Source: Candidatus Woesearchaeota archaeon
GTDB lineage: Archaea > Nanobdellota > Nanobdellia > Nanobdellales > Nanobdellaceae
NCBI GenBank assembly: GCA_964468425.1
Contig: CAYXSZ010000004.1
Span: 1-12,466 of the forward strand
Direction of reading: 5' to 3'
DNA: 12,466 nt
Of the stretch, positions 5,477 to 11,790 are shown one piece after another. Positions within the stretch are counted from its first letter, which is position 1. Every line of letters starts with the position of its first letter. Under the pieces are notes generated by a model. That model was not told the origin of the DNA, ran no database searches, and saw only the letters and a program-made list of their open reading frames with translations. The translations under genes and the position numbers were made by a program.

Positions 5477-6064
5477 TTATTTTAAGATTTTAAGCTTTCC
5501 GAGAGAAGCTTCGTAGATCTCTCCGAGAGCCAGGAGCTCTTCAACAATCTCCTCGACTTTTTCGAGTTCGATCGCCAAGTGTTCTGATAATTCTTTAGTG
5601 GTCACTCCATCTCCCTTATCTAATTCTTCTATAGCCTTGAGAATTAGAGATCTTAAGTCTTTTTTAGTAGGAGATTTTGGAACTTGCTCTGGGATTTGTT
5701 TCTGTTCCTCTCTCTTTTCTTTTTGTTCCTCTGGTTCGCGTTTGGGCTTTGACCTTCTCTTGTAGAGTTCGACGTGCCTTTTTCTCCAAAAAACTTCTTC
5801 TTCTGGGGAGATTTCCACCATCCTATCCGGAGCTATGTAGATGGTGTCTTTGAATGTTCTAACTCTTCCGAGAACGAGGATCGTTGAAAACTCCTTAAGT
5901 TCGAGCTTTTCAAAAGAACGAACCGTAACTTTTCCAAAGGGATCTAGAACTATTAAATCGTTGTACTTTGGTTTCTTGACCAGCTTGACGACCTTTCCGA
6001 TTATGCAAACTCTTTTGTTGATGTAATTGCTTACATCCCTGGAGAAGATTGGTGTGTACATCAT
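5477..6064 (-). CDS. RPA32/RPA2/Stn1-like protein: N-terminal OB fold, charged linker and C-terminal winged helix.
   Basis: OB pattern: KRVCIIGKVVKLVKKPKYNDLIVLDPFGKVTVRSF...ILVLGRVRTFKDTIYIAPDRMVEI. A K/E/P-rich linker follows. The C-terminal wH ends EELLALGEIYEASLGKLKILK. The ATG overlaps the MCM stop (ATGA). Confidence 0.55.
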   Translation of the reverse strand: MMYTPIFSRDVSNYINKRVCIIGKVVKLVKKPKYNDLIVLDPFGKVTVRSFEKLELKEFSTILVLGRVRTFKDTIYIAPDRMVEISPEEEVFWRKRHVELYKRRSKPKREPEEQKEKREEQKQIPEQVPKSPTKKDLRSLILKAIEELDKGDGVTTKELSEHLAIELEKVEEIVEELLALGEIYEASLGKLKILK

Positions 6065-8538
6065 CCCGCGATCTTATAATGTCCTTGCTTGCACTCGTAG
6101 ATCTCTCCCTCCCGTAGCAATTTTTCTATGGTTTCCCTTACTTTATCTTCCTCGATTTTTTGCTCCTTCGCTGCGTTAATTATCTCTTCGAGTGGAACCC
6201 CATCTGGAAAGTCCTTCTGGAGATTCTTGATAATGTCGTAGATCTTTGAAAGCCTGGAGCGTTGCGTTGATGAAATGCCGACAGTTAGGATATCTATGTC
6301 TAGAGTCTGGGTCTCTGGGTTAATTCCGACTTCCTTTAAACTCTTCATCAAAAGCGATTTGGCGACCTCCACATCCTCTTCCGTTACCTTCTTCGATAGC
6401 CTAGCTCGAGCAGACGCTTCTGCTAGACGAATTATAGACTCTAGTTGCCTAGCGGTGATTGGGATGGTTTGTTGATCTTTTGAAGCTTTTCTCAGGGTTA
6501 GATAAAACTGCATAACCTTTTCCTTCGCAGACTCCGTCCATTCTGGGTTAATCTTCTTAGCGTAGATGATGTACTTTCTGAAGAGTTCTGGAGGGATTAT
6601 GCTCTCCTTAGCTTCGGTCAACCCCCTAACGACTCCCTCCGCGACCATTTTATCGATGTCCTCATCAGGTTCGTCTCTGAGAACGAAAATCAAGTCAAAA
6701 CGATTAATGATTGTTGGGGGCAGGTCGATTTGATCTACGACGCTTTTCATCTTATCCCACCGTCCAAACTTAGGATTCGCAGCAGCTAGAACAGCTACTT
6801 CGCTCTTGAGCGTCGCATGAATGTTCGCTTTGTTTACCGTAATTGTTTGCTGTTCTAGGGCTTCGTGAAGCGCGAGCATGTCTTCTTTATCTACCTTATC
6901 GAGCTCGTCGATGCAGTTGTGGACTATCACGTCGTTCGCCAGAAAGTTTCGATAACCCGGGACGCACAGGTCGTAAACGTATCCCTCGTAAGGAATTTCA
7001 CTCACATCAATTACTCTAGCTCGCGTCTTGCCAACGAGAACATCCCCTTCTTTTACTTTTTTAGCTGGAACCCATTCTTCGTCGTCCAAAAGAATTAAGT
7101 GATCTGGCGTCGCAAGGAGTTCTTTAGAGTCGTATGCGATTTTTATTAGAATTCCCTCGTACCACCTTCTTGCGACTAAGAGCGCTTTCTCTTTAACTAA
7201 CTTCTTAAACGTTAGGCTGTACGAGGTTGTTAATTGATTTATTGGAGAGACTTCCACTTCTTTTCCGTTCTTCAACTTGAGGGTTATGTGGTTCTTGAAT
7301 AAAGACGAAATTTTTACTGGTCGATCGTTGATGAGAACTTCCGTATCGGGGTGGAGGCACACTATTCCTCCCGAAGCTAGGACGAGCGCTCCCGCCTCCA
7401 AAGCCCATCCTCCCTTTAGGAACTCGTCTCTTCTCACGTTTGCCGTAATTCCTACTGCCGAGGCGGTTACTCCGGAAACGAAGCGAGACTTCGGCGCTAT
7501 TTTGTTGACGAACTGAAGAATTTGGGACTTGGCAACTCCAGGATCTCCGATTAACAGGATGTGAATGTCTCCTCGAACCTTGGTTCCGTCCGACCTCACT
7601 TTCTTGACCCCCCCGACGAGTTGGAGGACTATGGCTTTTTTTATCGGATCGTATTGTTTTCCGTAAACGTTCGGGGCGATGGAGGATGCCAGGGTCGAAA
7701 GAGTATCTCCAGACTTCGCTATTTCCTTGATTTTTATCACATCCTCTTCAGATATCTTCACATCCTCAATATCCTTTTCCACAGGTTCAATGTACAATGT
7801 GTTAATCATCAGATCCAAGACTGCTTGGGACTTGGATGTTTGGGAGGCTTCCACAATTCCAACAATCTTCACCCTGGTTCCCGGGATGGTTCTTCTCTCC
7901 ATCTTCGGTTCGCAGAGATCTTCCGTCAGGAAAACGATCATTTGCGCTGGTTGTTCTCCTCTTTCTATTTGATCTGGGGTCTCCTCGACAAGTAGCCTTT
8001 GAATGTCGATTATTCGCTTGTCCACTTCTATGAACTTTCCTTCAGATCTTCCACAAACTTCACATACCTTTGGCTTCTCGATTTTGAACTTGACGAACCT
8101 TTCCTTTACTTTACCCTCGCCATTTCCTAAAAGGTTCAACCAGAATTCCCTGCCGCAATCTGTGTGATAGTACTTTACCGCGACTACAACAGGTCTTACT
8201 TCCGTTGAAACCTTGATTACACCTTCTGTCTCAACGAGTTTTCCGATGTGTTCGGAGCGGATGTCCCTGATGCGTATTTTCCTGTCTTCTGGAAGATCCT
8301 TAATTCTTACTCGAAGTTCCACGCCCAGCTTTTGCTTTAAAAATTCCTCGATGACTTTCAACGTTTTTTTCGGATTGTCGAGAACTTCTTCAGCTAATTC
8401 GATGTCGACCGTCGCGAGCGCCTTGTGCGGGATAACCACCGAATTTCTCCCCTCCTTTAGAGCTTCCGAGATGTTTTCTTTGATGATTGAGTATAACTCG
8501 TTGAGTTTCTTGAGTAGCTTATCGTTTTGGTCATCCAT
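6061..8538 (-). CDS. mcm: MCM replicative helicase precursor (825 aa; 677 aa after intein removal).
   Basis: N-terminal Zn motif HTDCG...CEVCG. Walker A ILLIGDPGVAKSQ. Walker B is split as GGIV / CIDELDK by an intein. Arginine-finger region SRFDLIF. C-terminal winged helix LLREGEIYECKQGHYKI. Confidence 0.95.
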   Translation of the reverse strand: MDDQNDKLLKKLNELYSIIKENISEALKEGRNSVVIPHKALATVDIELAEEVLDNPKKTLKVIEEFLKQKLGVELRVRIKDLPEDRKIRIRDIRSEHIGKLVETEGVIKVSTEVRPVVVAVKYYHTDCGREFWLNLLGNGEGKVKERFVKFKIEKPKVCEVCGRSEGKFIEVDKRIIDIQRLLVEETPDQIERGEQPAQMIVFLTEDLCEPKMERRTIPGTRVKIVGIVEASQTSKSQAVLDLMINTLYIEPVEKDIEDVKISEEDVIKIKEIAKSGDTLSTLASSIAPNVYGKQYDPIKKAIVLQLVGGVKKVRSDGTKVRGDIHILLIGDPGVAKSQILQFVNKIAPKSRFVSGVTASAVGITANVRRDEFLKGGWALEAGALVLASGGIVCLHPDTEVLINDRPVKISSLFKNHITLKLKNGKEVEVSPINQLTTSYSLTFKKLVKEKALLVARRWYEGILIKIAYDSKELLATPDHLILLDDEEWVPAKKVKEGDVLVGKTRARVIDVSEIPYEGYVYDLCVPGYRNFLANDVIVHNCIDELDKVDKEDMLALHEALEQQTITVNKANIHATLKSEVAVLAAANPKFGRWDKMKSVVDQIDLPPTIINRFDLIFVLRDEPDEDIDKMVAEGVVRGLTEAKESIIPPELFRKYIIYAKKINPEWTESAKEKVMQFYLTLRKASKDQQTIPITARQLESIIRLAEASARARLSKKVTEEDVEVAKSLLMKSLKEVGINPETQTLDIDILTVGISSTQRSRLSKIYDIIKNLQKDFPDGVPLEEIINAAKEQKIEEDKVRETIEKLLREGEIYECKQGHYKIAG
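6916..7359 (-). mobile_element. Class 1 mini-intein (148 aa, no homing-endonuclease domain) inserted in the MCM Walker B motif.
   Basis: Residues 394-541. Block A is CLHPDTEVL, block B is ATPDHLIL (TxxH), and blocks F/G are VYDLCVPGYRNFLANDVIVHN, followed by the +1 Cys of CIDELDK. Junction codons were verified on the sequence: TGC at 7359-7357, AAC at 6918-6916, TGC at 6915-6913. Confidence 0.9.
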
Positions 8539-8556
8539 AATACTCTAAAGGCTTGG

Positions 8557-8569
8557 AAAACTTAAAAGT
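8557..8569 (-). promoter_or_regulatory. TATA box for mcm.
   Basis: Minus-strand ACTTTTAAGTTTT lies at -19 to -31 relative to the MCM ATG (8538), which is consistent with a leaderless or near-leaderless mRNA. Confidence 0.4.
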
Positions 8570-8580
8570 GGTGAAAAATG

Positions 8581-9579
8581 TTAAGAAGAAAGCTTTTCTT
8601 CGATTCGGATTAGTTCGTTGAGCTTCGCTATTCTCTCGCCGTTTACGATGCCAAACTTTACGATTGGTGTCTCCAGACCAACTGCCAGGTGGGCTAAAAT
8701 GTTGCTTTCGGTTTCTCCAGATCTATGAGAAAGAACTGGGATTACGCCGTGCTTTTTGCACAGTTCTACCGCCTTAACCGTTTGAACAAGCGATCCAACT
8801 TGGTTCGGCTTTATTATCACCGCGTTGACGGATCGCTTTTTTATGGCTTCCTCGATCCTCTCCGGATTCGTCACCGTTAGATCGTCCCCGACGATGAGTC
8901 TGCTCGTTCTCCTGTTGAGGTCCGCGAAACCTTCAAAGTCTTCCTCGTTAAGCGGATCTTCGATGTAGTAAATATCGAACGCGTCAGCTAGCTCGAGAAC
9001 CTTCTCTATTTGTTCTTCCCTGGTCAGCTCCCAGCCTTCTTTCCTGTATATGTACTTTTCTCCATCGAAGAGCTGGGAAGCTGCTATGTCCACCCCGAGG
9101 TCGACTTCGACGCCCTCCTCAGATTTGATCCGGTCTCTAACCTCGTTGAGGAGAGCCAGCGTTTCCTCTGTTCTCAGCGTGGTGACCCAAGCTCCTTCGT
9201 CGTTTTTAGCTCCAAGAAATCCCCTGTCAATAATCGAAAGCTTTTCTTGGAGAACTTTATGAATTAAAGAGTTTATGAAGATTCCGAGGGAAACCGATTT
9301 CGTTTTTGGGAGGACGAGAAACTCCTGGATATCCGAACCTTTCCACTTAGCATGAGCTCCGCCTCCAACGACGTTCGAAAGCGGTCTTATATCCAGCTTT
9401 GGGTTCTTGTTGAAGAAAGCGTAGACCGGTAGTCCAACGTAGTCGGACCAAGCTCTCAGAATTGCGTATTCGGTAGCGATTAGCGTATTAGCTCCGTACT
9501 TATCGAAACCTCCCATTCGAAAAAAGTAATCCTCTAGATCTTCCAGATCGCTAAGCGTTTGAATGTCGAACGTCTTCAA
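8581..9579 (-). CDS. eno: Enolase, C-terminal 332-codon segment (frameshifted gene; the TTG start in the track is probably not real).
   Basis: Enolase signatures are present: GANTLIA, NVVGGGAHA...DIQEFLVLP, NDEG, VDIAASQ, YIEDP, IVGDDL, IIKPNQVG, SHRSGETE, GERIAKLNELIRIEE. The metal-binding and catalytic positions look intact. Confidence 0.85.
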   Translation of the reverse strand: MKTFDIQTLSDLEDLEDYFFRMGGFDKYGANTLIATEYAILRAWSDYVGLPVYAFFNKNPKLDIRPLSNVVGGGAHAKWKGSDIQEFLVLPKTKSVSLGIFINSLIHKVLQEKLSIIDRGFLGAKNDEGAWVTTLRTEETLALLNEVRDRIKSEEGVEVDLGVDIAASQLFDGEKYIYRKEGWELTREEQIEKVLELADAFDIYYIEDPLNEEDFEGFADLNRRTSRLIVGDDLTVTNPERIEEAIKKRSVNAVIIKPNQVGSLVQTVKAVELCKKHGVIPVLSHRSGETESNILAHLAVGLETPIVKFGIVNGERIAKLNELIRIEEKLSS

Positions 9580-9761
9580 AACATCGCGAGATCCTCGTTA
9601 AACCTCTTTACTGCTAGAACGGGATCTAGATACTTTGCCTCGTGCGTACCTGCACTCGCTCCCTGAGGTGCAGCCTCGCTGAACCCGTTTATCTCTACCT
9701 CTATCGTTGGATCTCCTCTCGAGTTTAGAACCAGCCTAGCCCTCGCTTCCTTTATCCTCAT
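9576..9761 (-). CDS. eno: Enolase, N-terminal 61-codon segment (frameshifted gene).
   Basis: MRIKEARARLVLNSRGDPTIEVEI...QGASAGTHEA is the enolase N-terminal domain, including the SGASTG-like loop. It terminates at a TGA created by a frame change inside a T4 run. Confidence 0.85.
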   Translation of the reverse strand: MRIKEARARLVLNSRGDPTIEVEINGFSEAAPQGASAGTHEAKYLDPVLAVKRFNEDLAMF

Positions 9762-9958
9762 TTCCTCAGAATGACCAACGGAAGCTTACCTTCTTCGAAC
9801 TCCTTCCTAGCGATTTCGACGGGATCGTACTTGATTTTTTCAAGGAAGTCTTTCGAGAGTTTCACGAAAACTGGAGCCCCCATCGCGATTTGAATAGCCC
9901 TCGCGGCAATTAATCTGGCGAGTTCGAAGCGGGAAAGCGTTTTTTGATAGTCTTTCAT
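9758..9958 (-). CDS. rpoK: DNA-directed RNA polymerase subunit K (Rpo6/Rpb6 homologue).
   Basis: LSRFELARLIAARAIQIAMGAPVFV...DPVEIARKEFEEGKLPLVILR is the Rpb6/RpoK signature. It has ATGA overlaps with the genes on both sides. Confidence 0.9.
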   Translation of the reverse strand: MKDYQKTLSRFELARLIAARAIQIAMGAPVFVKLSKDFLEKIKYDPVEIARKEFEEGKLPLVILRK

Positions 9959-10770
9959 TTTATTGAGTTTAAAAGAAGTTTTTTAACCTTTTTATGGAGT
10001 GCTTGTGCAGAGTCAATCACTGTTAGAAAGTCCTCCTGGGAGATCGTTCCAGCCTTTCTGGTTTGCAATCCGTGAATAGCATGATCGGAGAGACCTACGT
10101 GAATTAAAAGCTCTGCAGACTCTTCTTCCAGCTTAATCGGATCGAGGATGTACTTTCCTCCAACTTTTGCGAAGGAGATCAGGGTAGGTAGCCTATCCAG
10201 GTCTAGGGGTAGTGCCTTGTCGGTTTTTACCTTCGGATCAACTGCATAACCTTCTCCAACCTTTTTAAGCTCTGGAAACCTGGTAGTTAAGAGAGCTCCG
10301 AGCGTTGCTAACATGCTAGCATCAACGATGTTCCCGTCGTCGTTTATAACATAAATGTCTATGAACGCTAGCCAGACGTACTTTCCTTCCTCTATAACCA
10401 TTTCATTTAGCTTGATGAAACCAGATTCTCTTAGAGTTTTATCCACGATTCTTGCGATCTCGATAGCCTCTGAGCTGGGGGGACCGGGTTCTACCGTTGG
10501 AAAGGAAGACGGAAGGAACTCGAGAGAAACTATGAATATTCCCTTATCGGGAGTGTCTGGAAACGGCTCGTCAACCTCCAGCTTCACTCCGGCTAGAACC
10601 TTAGTGTCTCCTAGCTCGACGTAGCAAGAACCTTCCGCGTTTTTTATGTAGTTCGGAACTATCTTGATTTTTCTGTATTCATCCAACTTTCTTCCGTCGA
10701 ACCTATCTCCTTTTTCCACGAGCGAGGCGATGTACTTTGAAGTATGCTCGAACGTTCCCTGATCGATCAT
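9955..10770 (-). CDS. rrp42: Exosome complex component Rrp42 (inactive RNase PH-like subunit).
   Basis: Length is 271 aa. Contains RFDGRKLDEYRKIKI...AEGSCYVELGDTKVLAGVKLEVDEPFPDTPDKG...EPGPPSSEAIEIARIVDKTLRES...VWLAFIDIYVINDDGNIVDAS, which is the Rrp42-type RNase PH domain pattern. Confidence 0.85.
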   Translation of the reverse strand: MIDQGTFEHTSKYIASLVEKGDRFDGRKLDEYRKIKIVPNYIKNAEGSCYVELGDTKVLAGVKLEVDEPFPDTPDKGIFIVSLEFLPSSFPTVEPGPPSSEAIEIARIVDKTLRESGFIKLNEMVIEEGKYVWLAFIDIYVINDDGNIVDASMLATLGALLTTRFPELKKVGEGYAVDPKVKTDKALPLDLDRLPTLISFAKVGGKYILDPIKLEEESAELLIHVGLSDHAIHGLQTRKAGTISQEDFLTVIDSAQALHKKVKKLLLNSIK

Positions 10771-10790
10771 CTATAGTTATTTGAACTAAG

Positions 10791-10798
10791 TTTAAATA
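10791..10798 (-). promoter_or_regulatory. TATA box for the rrp42-rpoK-eno operon.
   Basis: Minus-strand TATTTAAA lies at -21 to -28 relative to ATG 10770. Confidence 0.4.
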
Positions 10799-11719
10799 CT
10801 ATGATGTTATCGTCTCTTCGCACAGCTCCTTCGCCACTTCGCGAGCTTTCTCGAAAAGTCTCTTGGTTATGTTTCCCCTTTCGTAGAACTCCTTCAGTTC
10901 GTCTAGATCGAGAACCTTCACGGAGTCTGTCTTGACAACATCCACGGCTAGGTCGATGTATTGGATTTTCTTGTGGGTTATCTCGAGGGGGGTGTTGATG
11001 TTGAAGTAAACTCCCTTCAGGTTTCTATTCTTGTCGTAGTATCTTATCGGGAAGAACCAGGAGCCTTCAACGTACTTGGTCTTTATGAAGTCTCCCGGTT
11101 CGATTGGTTTTTCCAACCCGTCGTAAGTTCTTCCGGGCTTTGGAACTCTTATCGTCTCGAGAACTAGTTTATCTTCCTCGATTTTTACATTCTCCACCAC
11201 CTCGACCTTGGAGAACCAGGTTCCGTCGAGCCTTCTGTGAAACCTCTTGATCACTCCTCTGTCTACGAGCTTTTTTACTATCAGTCTCTTGATGGCTCGG
11301 CGTATCTTGAGTTCCTCCACCTCCTCGAGGAGGATCTCGGAGAAGTCTACTAGCGTCGAGAGATCCCTTCTCAGGGTGTGGTGGCTCTCGATTGTAGGAA
11401 CGACCTGCTTTCTTAACCGATCGAGGAGCTTCTTTGACTCTCCTCCGAGGATTACGTACCACAGGTTTTCAGATTTCCTCAGGTACAGGGAATCCCAGAG
11501 GTGTTCCTTCAGAAAGTTGATAACTTCCTCGACTCCTTCTCCGAGGACGGAGATTCCCGATCTGTCCTTGAGGTCTCTTATCGATACATCTGGTTGTCCA
11601 TCGCTCGCGATTCCGAACCTTTTCTTCTGGACGTCTGACAGGTTGGTTAGCTCGAAGCCGTGATCCAGAAACAACTTTATCAGTCCCGTCGAATAAATGC
11701 CCTTGATGGTTACTTTCAT
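10799..11719 (-). CDS. FAU-1-like / RNase E/G-like RNA-binding protein with a C-terminal DUF402 domain (short form, 306 aa).
   Basis: The N-terminus MKVTIKGIYSTGLIKLFLDHGFEL resembles archaeal FAU-1 N-termini. The C-terminal region WFFPIRYYDKNRNLKGVYFNINTPLEI...IQYIDLAVDVVK...VLDLDELKEF fits the DUF402 pattern. Confidence 0.6.
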   Translation of the reverse strand: MKVTIKGIYSTGLIKLFLDHGFELTNLSDVQKKRFGIASDGQPDVSIRDLKDRSGISVLGEGVEEVINFLKEHLWDSLYLRKSENLWYVILGGESKKLLDRLRKQVVPTIESHHTLRRDLSTLVDFSEILLEEVEELKIRRAIKRLIVKKLVDRGVIKRFHRRLDGTWFSKVEVVENVKIEEDKLVLETIRVPKPGRTYDGLEKPIEPGDFIKTKYVEGSWFFPIRYYDKNRNLKGVYFNINTPLEITHKKIQYIDLAVDVVKTDSVKVLDLDELKEFYERGNITKRLFEKAREVAKELCEETITS

Positions 11720-11741
11720 GTAAAAAGCTTGGGGTTTGGGG

Positions 11742-11755
11742 TTTTATATAAAAAT
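11742..11755 (-). promoter_or_regulatory. TATA box for the FAU-1-like gene.
   Basis: Minus-strand ATTTTTATATAAAA lies at -23 to -36 relative to ATG 11719. Confidence 0.4.
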
Positions 11756-11764
11756 GTGTTTGGG

Positions 11765-11787
11765 AAAATAAAAAATCTAGGAAAAAG
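11765..11787 (-). terminator. Oligo-T terminator tract downstream of the S-layer-like gene.
   Basis: The minus strand reads TAA-AGGCTTTTTCCTAGATTTTTTATTTT. Two T-runs (T5 and T6AT4) fall within 25 nt of the stop, which is the usual archaeal intrinsic termination signal. Confidence 0.45.
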
Positions 11788-11790
11788 CCT

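Noticed and set aside
7740-7812. Additional C-box-like (UGAUGA) and CUGA matches inside coding regions, around 976, 4575, 6345, 6570, 6661 and 7805.
   Set aside because: None has the full C-D'-C'-D arrangement with roughly 12-nt guide spacing. All are embedded in well-supported CDSs, and chance occurrence is expected for 4-7 nt motifs.
6275-8548. Many 60-144 aa ORFs on the plus strand or in alternative minus-strand frames inside mcm (6275, 6865, 7205, 7277, 7561, 7679, 7836, 8213).
   Set aside because: All are fully nested in the well-supported MCM/intein reading frame. Their composition is low-complexity (S/R/F/L-rich), typical of off-frame translation, and they have no independent promoter or motif support.
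8539-8580. A possible replication origin (ORB/DUE elements) next to mcm.
   Set aside because: The intergenic gap is only 42 nt and is fully accounted for by a TATA box. There are no inverted ORB-like repeats and no extended AT-rich unwinding region.
9576-9584. Selenocysteine or other read-through, or an RF2-like +1 frameshift, at the UUU UGA that ends the enolase N-fragment.
   Set aside because: Read-through continues for only 15 codons before a TAG and gives non-enolase sequence. A +1 slip enters the third frame, not the enolase frame. I saw no convincing downstream stimulatory structure. The only obvious nearby stem, UUUGAA/UUCAAA, begins at the shift site itself.
11169-11462. 97-aa Arg/Gly/Pro-rich ORF in an alternative minus-strand frame, and a 138-aa plus-strand ORF (11247-11663), both inside the FAU-1-like gene.
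   Set aside because: These are off-frame products of a GAG/GAA/AAG-rich coding region and contain no recognisable domain. The main frame carries the DUF402 and FAU-1 motifs.
11729-11746. GGGGTTTGGGGTTTT, a telomere-like or G-quadruplex-like motif in the FAU-1 / S-layer intergenic region.
   Set aside because: Only two G4 tracts are present, with a third GGG 20 nt away, which is too few for an intramolecular quadruplex. The sequence is simply the C-rich spacer (CCCCAAACCCCAA) between the TATA box and the ATG on the minus strand.
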